From the IMG/VR virus record IMGVR_UViG_3300020577_008610, positions 64,001 to 128,000 of that record: 64,000 nt of DNA; one strand, given 5' to 3'. A model generated the notes under the pieces. That model was not told the DNA's origin and ran no database searches. It saw only the letters and a list, made by a program, of their open reading frames with translations. A program made the translations under genes and the position numbers. The DNA is from a virus (taxonomy: Duplodnaviria > Caudoviricetes). Below are positions 48,579 to 57,313 of the stretch, in pieces (within the stretch, counting starts at the first letter, position 1; every line of letters starts with the position of its first letter).

Positions 48579-49025
48579 ATGACCGTTGTTATGCCTCAAA
48601 GATTCCGGAAGGGTGAAGTCTTCTGCTACGTCAGCTCTTTTGACTCTTCCTTGCCCGTGTGTGCCAAGGATGAGACAGGAAGGTTCATCCGCCTTCACGA
48701 GAACCCTGTGAACTGGCTGGCTCAAGGCCATGAGCTGTTTCACAAGGTACCCGGCAAGAAGCCCTGCTTTGGGTTTGTGTGCGAGTACGACCCGATGTGC
48801 CTCGTGGTTCATGCCGGTTCCGAGTGGAATGAATTTGAGCAACATGCCTTCTTTGGCATCCTCTTTGTGGACTCACATCCTCACATGATCCGAATTGAAG
48901 ACAATGACCCACATCTTTGGAAGGTCATTGACCCTGAGCAAGAACTGATCCAAAACTGCAAGGGAGACATCACGACGCCATCAAAAGCTCTCCATGACTC
49001 CATGGCACAACTTCACCCCGCTTAA
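48579..49025 (+). CDS. Hypothetical protein, possibly SH3-like
   Basis: FRKGEVFCY N-terminal motif. Confidence 0.55.
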   Translation: MTVVMPQRFRKGEVFCYVSSFDSSLPVCAKDETGRFIRLHENPVNWLAQGHELFHKVPGKKPCFGFVCEYDPMCLVVHAGSEWNEFEQHAFFGILFVDSHPHMIRIEDNDPHLWKVIDPEQELIQNCKGDITTPSKALHDSMAQLHPA

Positions 49026-49094
49026 GGCTCTACCTTCAGGGCTCTACCTTCAGGGCTCTACCTTCAGGGCTCTACCTTCAGGGCTCTACCTTCA
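49026..49094. repeat. Tandem repeat, 5 x 14 bp (GGCTCTACCTTCAG)
   Basis: Four perfect units plus 13 nt of a fifth. Confidence 0.97.
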
Positions 49095-49413
49095 CCAGTT
49101 TGCCATAAATGTGGCGGATTTGAACGTAGCCATTTACGTGCCCCTTGTTGTTCGAAATCTGGTATCTCTTGTCCTTCGGGGCTCCTTTGGAACCTCCCGT
49201 AACGGCACTCAGGAGGTGCAAGAATTGCCTTCCTTCCACCGTGCATAGCACAACATCACCTGGGGCCAAAGAAGCTTCTGGAGGGCTTCCCAGGGGCTCC
49301 ACGGTGCAGAGCTGACCAGACTTAATTCTTGGCTGCATCGAATTTCCGTGAGGTCTGAACCTCACGGTCTCCCCAGCCTTTAACCTCTCAATATAGTGAC
49401 TTGCCCATCCCAT
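49078..49413 (-). CDS. S24/S26 peptidase-like protein
   Basis: GNSMQPRIKSGQ; PGDVVLC; FLHL. Confidence 0.7.
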   Translation of the reverse strand: MGWASHYIERLKAGETVRFRPHGNSMQPRIKSGQLCTVEPLGSPPEASLAPGDVVLCTVEGRQFLHLLSAVTGGSKGAPKDKRYQISNNKGHVNGYVQIRHIYGKLVKVEP

Positions 49414-49572
49414 TAGTTTGTACCTGTGTGTTTATGGAGTGCTTGTTATCAGGAACATTCTCGTTTGCAACCCCTTGAAATCACCTGAGATTCTGCGATA
49501 ACCTGGGTCGAGTTTGGTGGTCAATGAACCCAATCTATTCACTGAGTGTGGCAATTGAGTTGACAGGCTTTT

Positions 49573-49785
49573 CTATTTCACTCTTCGAGTGAAAGGTTGT
49601 TGCAGGATTTGCTCACTGTAGCGCTTTGTCAAGTAGGATTGAAGCTCCAGAGTGTCCGTGATGAGCCGTGGTTCTCCTCGAAGGTACTTCGGGCATCCGC
49701 ACTGGGGGCAGTGGCCCCCAACGCAGTGACAATAGAACCGGTTGCAGTATGAGCATTCCCAAATGCCGCCGCAGAGGTGAAACAT
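49573..49785 (-). CDS. Small Cys-rich zinc-finger protein
   Basis: CSYC..YCHC..HCPQCGC. Confidence 0.5.
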   Translation of the reverse strand: MFHLCGGIWECSYCNRFYCHCVGGHCPQCGCPKYLRGEPRLITDTLELQSYLTKRYSEQILQQPFTRRVK

Positions 49786-49814
49786 GATAGGGATCCTAGC
49801 GGCTTACAAAGTAG

Positions 49815-49893
49815 TAGTTCTGGCGGGAATCGAACCCAATAACTTGCTTGTCGATGGAAGATGTAAATCATTGCCCTTCAAGGCCACAGTCTA
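49815..49893 (-). pseudogene. Degenerate tRNA-like sequence
   Basis: T-arm GGGTTCGATTCCC on minus strand; poor D and anticodon arms. Confidence 0.4.
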
Positions 49894-50142
49894 TGGCAAT
49901 TTTTCTTTTGGAGGCACGAACTCACTTGACACAAAGAACTCTCGGATGGCAGGCCACATTGGATGGAATTCGATGAAGCCTGCTTCATGGAGCTGTTCCA
50001 GGACGGGGATCACCACATCCTCCGAGGCCTTCATGTGTTCTGCCAGAGTGGCCACAGGCATGAATGGCCAGTCCGGATGCTGTTTAATGAAATCCCGGAT
50101 GGCACGATAGATTAGGTCTCTTCCACCTCTGATAATAGGCAT
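49891..50142 (-). CDS. Winged-helix DNA-binding protein
   Basis: VATLAEHMKASEDVVIPVLEQLHEAGFIE. Confidence 0.65.
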   Translation of the reverse strand: MPIIRGGRDLIYRAIRDFIKQHPDWPFMPVATLAEHMKASEDVVIPVLEQLHEAGFIEFHPMWPAIREFFVSSEFVPPKEKLP

Positions 50143-50230
50143 GTCTAACTTAAGAATCTCTAGGGCGAGACTCCATGTCTAGGACATGGTGCTATCTCCG
50201 TTTTAAGTCTAGTTATACCCCGGAGCAACG

Positions 50231-50896
50231 ATGAAGAAAACCCTTCAGAAAATATTCAACCTGTGGGAAGCAAGCGCCGAGAAAGGCTCGGACAAGCAAA
50301 GCGGCAAGAGTTGGCAAGACGGCAAGCCGGAAGGCAAGAAGCTTGCCGCCCAGGAAGTCCCGGATGAGAAAGTTGCAAGCTACAACAAGCCAAAGCCGGT
50401 TCAATTGCACAATGGTAATGATGGCTGGAACCAAGGTGGTGGCCCTTCTGGCTGGAATGCTCTGGAAAAGAAAGCCAAGTTTACTCCAGGGAATGATAAG
50501 AACAAGAACGCCCATTCTCTCCAGCAAGAGCAAGACAAGCTTCACCAGTTAGAAGAGGAGTTAGCTGCCCTAGGAGTCCAGGAAGAAGGTTTGATTACTC
50601 CCGATATGGGAACGTCGGTCCTTGGAAGGTCCCTTTTTACTGGAGCTGCCTTACAGCCACCTAATGGATATGGTCCCAACTTTGACCCTGCCGGCCCGGC
50701 TCCCGAAGAGCTTCCTCAGGGTTATGAGAAGAATACTGTTCCTGATCCCATTGCTCCAGAAGAGGGCTCAGGTTTTCAGCACCAGGATGTTGCTGGCACA
50801 ATCATTGCTCCAAAGCAATGGATCCCTCGGGAATCAGTTGCTAAGAGACTTGCTGAGGCTCTCAATCAGCAACGTCGAGCAAAACTACGAAGATAG
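50231..50896 (+). CDS. Low-complexity late protein, possibly virion-internal
   Basis: TAGTTA upstream; LWE/LEE/LAE motifs. Confidence 0.65.
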   Translation: MKKTLQKIFNLWEASAEKGSDKQSGKSWQDGKPEGKKLAAQEVPDEKVASYNKPKPVQLHNGNDGWNQGGGPSGWNALEKKAKFTPGNDKNKNAHSLQQEQDKLHQLEEELAALGVQEEGLITPDMGTSVLGRSLFTGAALQPPNGYGPNFDPAGPAPEELPQGYEKNTVPDPIAPEEGSGFQHQDVAGTIIAPKQWIPRESVAKRLAEALNQQRRAKLRR

Positions 50897-51396
50897 TTGA
50901 TGGCCCGCTCAAGACGCTCCAAATCCTCTTTGAAGCATCCTAGTCCAGTATTGCATCCTCGGCATAGCAATCCCCTAACAACGTTAGTCGAATGACAATG
51001 GTCTACGGCCAACTCTTCAAGAGGATACTCCATCCGACAGATGGCACATCTTTGCTCTTGACCAACATACAACCCCTGGCGCCCTCGTAGAGATAAGCGG
51101 TATTTGTGCCTCAGCAGATATGCCTTATTGCATACTTTGCATAGGCTGGCGTGTCCATCCGGCGACACTACTTGCTTGGCAAATTCTTCGATTGGCTTGG
51201 AGTTTTTACATCCAGAGCAGAATTTTGCAGAAACCAGAAGGTAGTTTTGCTCTGCAACTCTTTTGGCTGTTCGTGCTTGATGTGTTGCAGATTTGCAGGA
51301 TTTACAGTGGGCCACATACCCATTCACTTCTGAACGCCGATGAAACTCTGTTGTTGGCTTCTCGGTTTGGCACTTTCGACAGAACTTGGTTTCCAT
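50866..51396 (-). CDS. Endonuclease VII-like homing endonuclease
   Basis: CAIC...LAVDHCH..VRGLLCRGCNTGLG; N-terminal Zn ribbons. Confidence 0.9.
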   Translation of the reverse strand: METKFCRKCQTEKPTTEFHRRSEVNGYVAHCKSCKSATHQARTAKRVAEQNYLLVSAKFCSGCKNSKPIEEFAKQVVSPDGHASLCKVCNKAYLLRHKYRLSLRGRQGLYVGQEQRCAICRMEYPLEELAVDHCHSTNVVRGLLCRGCNTGLGCFKEDLERLERAINYLRSFARRC

Positions 51397-51616
51397 ATGA
51401 GTAAGTATGGGACCAACTTGAAACTATCGGCAATTCATTCCCTGTGAGGGAGTCCACTGTCGGCTTGCCGAGCATATCTCCAGGATGGAGCAGGCTCGAA
51501 GGGCCAAGTTTCGTCGGCCTTAGAGACTTGCAAGGTCTGGTTCGCAGAGTTCTTTTAGCCGTTCCGTGTATCCAGGAGGGTGTCCAGAGCATCCTGGACG
51601 CTTACCTTCTGTTTCT

Positions 51617-52087
51617 TCATGGATTCCCCAGGGTCATCTCAAGCAGTTCCTTTTCCCCAATACAGGCTGTCCCGTAGCTTTGGGCTTTCTCTGCTTTAGT
51701 GCTATAGCTATTTGGGCTTCTCATCACGAGGTAGGTGAGATTCTTGGTTACTCGGGGAGAATAAGTACCGCCGTGAAGCTCAACAAGAGCTTTATAGAAC
51801 TCACGAGTGTGTTTTAGAGCACCCGTGAAGCAAAAGCTCTTTCCCGAGAGCTTCTCTGATATTTCAGCCGCGATGTACTGTCGTTTGTCCACCACCCATG
51901 TCATTTCTCCGTGAATTATATGGAGGGTCCATTCAGACCCTCCGCCTACACAGAGTACAGCGGTGCCTGCCGGGATTGAGACCGATTGGTTTATGTGATA
52001 CCCGCTTTCTACTTTGTCAATGTTTACGGCATAGGCCGTATGCCTGTTCTTTGCTAGCAGAATCTTGCCCTTCATGCTCATCACCAA
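51617..52087 (-). CDS. SH3-like domain fused to a BRCT domain
   Basis: IPAGTAVLCV...IIHGEMTWV then LSGKSFCFTGAL..R...VTKNLTYLV...K.EKA. Confidence 0.8.
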   Translation of the reverse strand: MVMSMKGKILLAKNRHTAYAVNIDKVESGYHINQSVSIPAGTAVLCVGGGSEWTLHIIHGEMTWVVDKRQYIAAEISEKLSGKSFCFTGALKHTREFYKALVELHGGTYSPRVTKNLTYLVMRSPNSYSTKAEKAQSYGTACIGEKELLEMTLGNP

Positions 52088-52363
52088 TACGGTTTCGCCC
52101 TTCGTGGTTTTCCCAACCCGGAGCCTAACATATGTGTATTTTGTGTCAATGGTCCAATGTTAGTATGCCAAAATCGCACTTAACCTGTCGAACTTAGCTT
52201 ATAAACTATGGACAAATCATGTTGTCGCTTATGAGCGACGGATGACTTCATGATCTAAAGATCATACGTTTTGCACAATACAAATCGTTCGAAAGCTGTT
52301 GACAGCTCACGTGACATGATTTAATCACTAGTTCCATAAACAAATCCTGTTTGGGAGAATTTC

Positions 52364-53686
52364 ATGGAAACCAAGCTCGTTGGAAATAAGCCGTATCGTG
52401 AAGACACCAGCCTCTACGAGTTACAGCGAAAGTATACTCGTGGGAAAATCGAAGCACCGAAGTGGCAACGTGGGATTGACAAGTGGTCTCCTACGAAACG
52501 AGAACTTTACATCAAAAGCATTATCTTGAATGCTCAAAGCGATGATTTGACCGACCATTACATGCCCGGTCAGATTTTGCTTTACACCATGAAGGGCGTC
52601 AAGAACAGCAAGCTTTTTCTGAACGACGGTCTCCAAAGGATTTCGAATGCGGTTCGGGCTTATGAACGCCTGAGAAGCCAGTTTGGAGAAGACCTGGCTC
52701 AGGAGCTTCTGGAGAAAATCAAAGTGGTTACGACCACCTATGACTTGACGGACGATGAAGCCATCGACCAGTTCTGCAAAGTGAACCAAGGGACGCCTCT
52801 TACTGATGCTCAATTGAGCAATACCGTACTTGCCCAACACAACGAATACTTGGATTGGGTTCCTGCGATTGAGCAAATGCAAGAGTTGATCCGCAACGTG
52901 TGTGAAGCATCACACTTGTGCAAGGTCAGGGAAAATGGCAAGCTTTTGAAAGCCTACAATGATGATGACTTCCGTCGAGAAGTCATGTGTATGGCGTATC
53001 GCTGGCTTTCTGGCACTACCGAACGGAATCCAATCCAATTCCATCCCACGCATCTCCGTGGAGACTCCAAGATGTCCAGAGGACATCTTGTAGAAGAAGT
53101 CATGAAAAGGGTCATGGATAGCATGACTCCCCAAGAAGCGACAACAAAAATGCGGGAACTTCAAAAGGTTCTGGAGAACCGTATGCCAGTTTGGCGTAGT
53201 GAACTGACTAGGGTTACCGGTCCAACCCAAGGCCTTAATCCGGCAGTGAACAAGCTGCTGATCTTGAGCACTATTCAGTTCGAAAATGCAAAGGTGCCGG
53301 TTGGCATGCAAAATGAGTGGTGCAAGGCATTAATTCGCCATGTCAAACAGCACAGTGCCTTGCGGGTCAAAAATAACAAAGGCGAGGAAAACAATACCAA
53401 CATGCGTTCTCGGGATTTGGCTGACCTGCATCGAGCAGAGATTTCAGTCAAACAGTATGAGTTTCTCATGCCGTGTGATCCCAACGCGCCCGCACCTGAG
53501 TTGAAGGGGCGCTTGAAGAAGAAGAGTACCTCGGTTAGAGGGTATGATTCCTCTCACAAAACCCCTATCAGCATGAGCAACCATGATGATGGAGATGTGT
53601 TCGCCGAACCTTCTTCTGAAAATCGAGTTCGAGGTAACAAGCCGGTCAAAAAAGAACGAAAACCCTCGGTCCCAAGAGTTTCTTGA
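52364..53686 (+). CDS. DUF262 (ParB-like)/GmrSD-like protein with HNH-like C-terminus
   Basis: PKWQRG..W...YIKSI; DGLQR; F..VNQGTPL; DSSHKTP...ENRVRG. Confidence 0.75.
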   Translation: METKLVGNKPYREDTSLYELQRKYTRGKIEAPKWQRGIDKWSPTKRELYIKSIILNAQSDDLTDHYMPGQILLYTMKGVKNSKLFLNDGLQRISNAVRAYERLRSQFGEDLAQELLEKIKVVTTTYDLTDDEAIDQFCKVNQGTPLTDAQLSNTVLAQHNEYLDWVPAIEQMQELIRNVCEASHLCKVRENGKLLKAYNDDDFRREVMCMAYRWLSGTTERNPIQFHPTHLRGDSKMSRGHLVEEVMKRVMDSMTPQEATTKMRELQKVLENRMPVWRSELTRVTGPTQGLNPAVNKLLILSTIQFENAKVPVGMQNEWCKALIRHVKQHSALRVKNNKGEENNTNMRSRDLADLHRAEISVKQYEFLMPCDPNAPAPELKGRLKKKSTSVRGYDSSHKTPISMSNHDDGDVFAEPSSENRVRGNKPVKKERKPSVPRVS

Positions 53687-53774
53687 CATCTCAGGTTTCC
53701 GGATTATCTTCCGGAACATAAGCACTCAAGAGCTATATTGCTCTGCTTTTGAACCGCAAGAAGTAAAGGGTCAA

Positions 53775-54041
53775 ATGGGAACCGTAGAGAAAACAGAAGA
53801 CAAGTCTTTCGAACTTAACATCAAATACTGTCATCTTCCAGGATTCGTGGTCAACACCATGTGTCCGAAGTGCCAGAAACCCACACAAAGCGATTTGGGA
53901 GAGGATTTCCTTTCCTATCCAACGGTTGGAGAGCCTGCAACCGTGTACTTTGTCTGTGATGAGCCGTGCTTCATGGAGTGGCAAGAGCATGTCATCCTCC
54001 GGGTTTCTCTGGAGATGGCTCCAAATTCTTCTTCGAAGTAA
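53775..54041 (+). CDS. Small Cys-motif protein
   Basis: CPKC...YP...C..C. Confidence 0.6.
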   Translation: MGTVEKTEDKSFELNIKYCHLPGFVVNTMCPKCQKPTQSDLGEDFLSYPTVGEPATVYFVCDEPCFMEWQEHVILRVSLEMAPNSSSK

Positions 54042-54069
54042 TTGACGGGTCTGTTTTCATGTTTATCCT
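54042..54069 (+). promoter_or_regulatory. Sigma70-type promoter
   Basis: TTGACG-N16-TATCCT, ATG 7 nt downstream. Confidence 0.65.
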
Positions 54070-54076
54070 ATCAGGC

Positions 54077-54610
54077 ATGAAGACGCTCACCGAAACCGAA
54101 CTCCAGGCTCTCCTGGCTGACTACAACGGCTTCGTCTCCATCACCACGGCAACCTCTGCCAAGCTCAACAAGAAGAACCGTGAGACGAAGGCTCTCTGCC
54201 CCTTTGTCAACGTGGTTCATACGGCTATCCGTATGGGTCTCGTGGGGGCTTCGTACGAGAACGCCGTGAACAACCGGCGTGAGGCTGAGGACCACCCCCA
54301 GGCCGGTGAGTTCAAGGCTGAGAGCCTGTGGAACGGTGCTGGGGAGCATATCTCGAAGTCCTTGTGCCGCCACCGTGGGACCGGCAAGGTCTATATGGTA
54401 TTCTACCCCCGGAAGGACTCTGTGATTTCGGATACCTGGACTGCGGATGGGCAGGAAGTTGACGTGGCTTCTCTGGCCCCTTACCTTCCTCCCGTCTCGG
54501 AGGGCAGCAAGCGTCAGGAGTGTGAGACTCCGGTTCCGTGGCGTACCATCGGCCTGGACAGCATCGTTTCCGTCACCCTCCGTGGTGAGACCTTCGTGGT
54601 GGCCCGGTAA
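54077..54610 (+). CDS. Phage hypothetical protein
   Basis: YENAVNNRR; biased codon use; own promoter. Confidence 0.75.
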   Translation: MKTLTETELQALLADYNGFVSITTATSAKLNKKNRETKALCPFVNVVHTAIRMGLVGASYENAVNNRREAEDHPQAGEFKAESLWNGAGEHISKSLCRHRGTGKVYMVFYPRKDSVISDTWTADGQEVDVASLAPYLPPVSEGSKRQECETPVPWRTIGLDSIVSVTLRGETFVVAR

Positions 54611-54780
54611 GGGCCTCAGAAAGTAGGACTGAAGATGTGGACTCCCAAGGTTCGTCTGTTCATCCACAACGCCCGGATGTGGTGGGGTGGTCTCAGTGAG
54701 GTGTGGGGACGTGGATATTCCTGGGAATACCGGGAATATCGGTTCCGAGAGGCTTTCGGAATCCTCCCTCCGGAAGACCG

Positions 54781-55101
54781 ATGAGGGTCCTTCGTCTGGA
54801 CATTGGTGAACTTCCCGAACCAGGGAAGTTTTACCTCTGCAAGAACCACGAACTCAAGGTCTATAAGGACTTGCATGTCCTGGAGGAAGAACACGGGGAG
54901 GAAGATGAGCCTCCGGTTTGTGGTGTCATTCCCAAGGGACAGCTCTTCCTGTATGCCAAGGTGGCTCGCGAACAGAGAATCCCAGGCCAAATCAAGAAGG
55001 TCTGGTTCTATGTGGCCTTCGGGGAAATGTCCGGAATCATCTACAACGGACAGATTCCTTTTCATCAGCTTCTGCTGAAAGTACAGGAAGATGAGGGATG
55101 A
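54781..55101 (+). CDS. SH3-like family protein
   Basis: EPGKFYLC...IPKGQLFLY...YVAFGEMSGII. Confidence 0.7.
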   Translation: MRVLRLDIGELPEPGKFYLCKNHELKVYKDLHVLEEEHGEEDEPPVCGVIPKGQLFLYAKVAREQRIPGQIKKVWFYVAFGEMSGIIYNGQIPFHQLLLKVQEDEG

Positions 55102-55179
55102 GCAAAAACCACATAATCCGCAAGGGTCTTGACGGATAGTCTAATGGTGTCCATTCTCTTTCTCAGAACGGAGCTGCGC

Positions 55180-55401
55180 ATGAAGACCACGCTGGCCATT
55201 GCAAATGTCCCTGTTTGCCGCCACTATACCAACAAAACCGTCCTCATGACGGTTGTTCGTGCCACCAAGACCCTGCTCATCCTAGAGGATGAGACTGGGA
55301 TGCAGATTCGTATTAGTCGTGATTACGGAGCAGACCATCCTGTCAAGTGCTGCTACTCGGTTACTCCCAAGGCTCTTCAGGCGATTCTCGCCCAAATTTG
55401 A
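55180..55401 (+). CDS. Hypothetical protein
   Basis: TTGACG promoter and GGAG RBS upstream. Confidence 0.55.
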   Translation: MKTTLAIANVPVCRHYTNKTVLMTVVRATKTLLILEDETGMQIRISRDYGADHPVKCCYSVTPKALQAILAQI

Positions 55402-55461
55402 AAAAAGTCTTGACGGACAAATGGCTCTGGTTTTCTTCAGAAATAGAAGGAGAGAAAAGTA

Positions 55462-55785
55462 ATGGAAATTATTATTCTGAATTCTGATGTCCTTGCCTTG
55501 CTCTGTAAGGCTAAGGGCAAGTGGGGCATGATGATTTCATTCGAAGAATATCCGATGGAGGAGCTTCTTCAGGCTGCTCCATACCTTGCTCGGAAGGAGT
55601 TCCGAGTAATGTCCGTGTGTGGGCGTGGGTTCATCTTCACGGACACCAGTGAAGAGTTGTACGCCCTCTACAACCAGACTGTGGGGGATGATGGCCCCAC
55701 GTTTGAGAACCCCTACAATGGCCCTGCCAGGGTCTACGCTATTACCTGCAACCCAGAAGGGGAGCTCCTGACAGAAAACACGTGA
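55462..55785 (+). CDS. Hypothetical protein
   Basis: AAGGAG RBS. Confidence 0.7.
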   Translation: MEIIILNSDVLALLCKAKGKWGMMISFEEYPMEELLQAAPYLARKEFRVMSVCGRGFIFTDTSEELYALYNQTVGDDGPTFENPYNGPARVYAITCNPEGELLTENT

Positions 55786-55788
55786 ACC

Positions 55789-55947
55789 ATGACCAAGGAC
55801 CTAAAGGCAGGCCAACGAGTCAAGAAGTGGTTTAACTCCGACCACTTCCAAGAAGGTCTTTGCATGTCCGGCAACAAGTTCGCCAAAATCCTGTGGGATG
55901 ACGGGGTTGTGGATGATGAACTTGCCCAGGACTTGGAGCCTATCTGA
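55789..55947 (+). CDS. 52-aa SH3/Tudor-like protein
   Basis: LKAGQRVK...AKILWDDG...DLEP. Confidence 0.55.
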   Translation: MTKDLKAGQRVKKWFNSDHFQEGLCMSGNKFAKILWDDGVVDDELAQDLEPI

Positions 55948-56016
55948 ACAAAATCTGAAAACCCCCCTTGATCCTGCCGGAGCTGACTTTATCTTGTTCT
56001 CTGCAAGGAGCAACGA

Positions 56017-56469
56017 ATGAAGTTTTTTACCGTTACTGCCATCAAGCGCTTCCCCTTGGCAGGCTGGACCACGGTCCAGGAAGGTCAGACGCTCAGCGTA
56101 GCCAAATGGAACGAACTCTTCGTTCTGGCAACTCCCAGGGGATCTTTTGCCATCCTCACTGCCGAGCAGTGCCAGGAACGGGTGAAGACCGTCCGTGATA
56201 GTAACGGCAAGCCAGTCCCTGCGCAGGGTACTCCTGCCATCACCGGCAAGGAAGTGCAGTTCACCTGGAGGGTGGAAGCCGGTCACACCTGTCCCGATGG
56301 TTGCTGCGGGGAAGATGCTCCCCGGTTCGAAAAGACATGTGGCAGCAAGGAAGAAGCCATAGAACTGGCGAAGAAGCTGGAGAATGGCGATTTCAAGGGT
56401 GCTCTGGCTTTCGTCCGGGTGATGGGACCGGCCTTTTACCAGAAACACTGGAACCGTCCTGCAATGTGA
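56017..56469 (+). CDS. Hypothetical protein
   Basis: Promoter, AAGGAG RBS and downstream terminator. Confidence 0.7.
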   Translation: MKFFTVTAIKRFPLAGWTTVQEGQTLSVAKWNELFVLATPRGSFAILTAEQCQERVKTVRDSNGKPVPAQGTPAITGKEVQFTWRVEAGHTCPDGCCGEDAPRFEKTCGSKEEAIELAKKLENGDFKGALAFVRVMGPAFYQKHWNRPAM

Positions 56470-56491
56470 TAGTAGCAAGGGGCATAAGAGG

Positions 56492-56523
56492 GGCTCTAGG
56501 AGACAATCCTAGAGCCTCTTTTT
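56492..56523 (+). terminator. Rho-independent terminator
   Basis: GGCTCTAGGA-GACAA-TCCTAGAGCC then T tract. Confidence 0.85.
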
Positions 56524-56686
56524 CATTGGGTGGCCCGAAGGCCATCCCAAGGGGTTTGGGGGCTCAGAAGGGCGTACAGAGCGATTATGAAGGTGCCTTA
56601 TGCATTTCCCCACAAGTTGTCGGTTTCTGAGAAATGGCTGTATGGTAGTGTGACGTACCAGCTTAAGGTTTTTCACCTTGGGCTAT

Positions 56687-56735
56687 TATCTCAAAAGCGT
56701 GGAGGATAACCAAGAAGGAGAGAGGGGAGGGGGGA
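56687..56735 (-). repeat. Dispersed motif copy 3 (inverted)
   Basis: Reverse complement reads pyrimidine tract + TCTTGGTTATCCTCCACGCTTTTGAGATA. Confidence 0.85.
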
Positions 56736-56803
56736 TAAATAGGGAGAGAAGGTGGTCCAGAAGTTGGCAGAGATCTTTGAGTTGGTGAGGAAACCTAGAA
56801 CAC

Positions 56804-57025
56804 ATGAAAATTCAATTTGTCCAGGTTGGAAACGGTTGGGAAATCCGGGAGATGTATGGAAGGTTCACCTACCAGATTCGGGGACAGATTCGACTTGTGA
56901 CAATGGATGGAAGTGTGTGGTGGAAGGTGGAGTTTTACACAGGAGAGAGTTGGTATGCGGATATCCAGGACATTCTGCTGTTGTTTGACCTTTCGGAGAT
57001 GTACCTTTCAGCCCCATCTGGATGA
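56804..57025 (+). CDS. Hypothetical protein
   Basis: GAGG RBS, 73 aa. Confidence 0.5.
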   Translation: MKIQFVQVGNGWEIREMYGRFTYQIRGQIRLVTMDGSVWWKVEFYTGESWYADIQDILLLFDLSEMYLSAPSG

Positions 57026-57108
57026 TAACGGTCCTGCGAATTCAAAGGGAAGTCTATTCTTTTGGCCTACCCATTGATTCTTTCCCTGGAGCTGTTACTA
57101 TTGGCAAC

Positions 57109-57300
57109 ATGAACACCGAGACGAACAATATGGTTGCTGATCTCTCCATTTCTCTTGCCGGAGAACTTCTCGATCCGGAGGAAATGATGAGGGATGATGA
57201 AGTCCTGGCTTCGGACTCCGAATTCGGCACTTGGCTGGACAGCCGCCAGGAGGAAGCCCTGGCCCACCAGATGGCAGCAGAGGATGACCTCTGCTTCTAA
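57109..57300 (+). CDS. Small highly acidic protein
   Basis: 63 aa, 17 D/E vs 2 R; own promoter and terminator. Confidence 0.65.
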   Translation: MNTETNNMVADLSISLAGELLDPEEMMRDDEVLASDSEFGTWLDSRQEEALAHQMAAEDDLCF

Positions 57301-57313
57301 CAACGACCTGAAG

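Noticed and set aside
45227-49025. Diversity-generating retroelement behind the SH3-like variation
   Set aside because: No reverse transcriptase in the window and no near-identical template/variable repeat pair seen
49026-49094. CRISPR array
   Set aside because: Repeats are contiguous with no spacers; the Cas4-like nuclease is a common stand-alone phage gene
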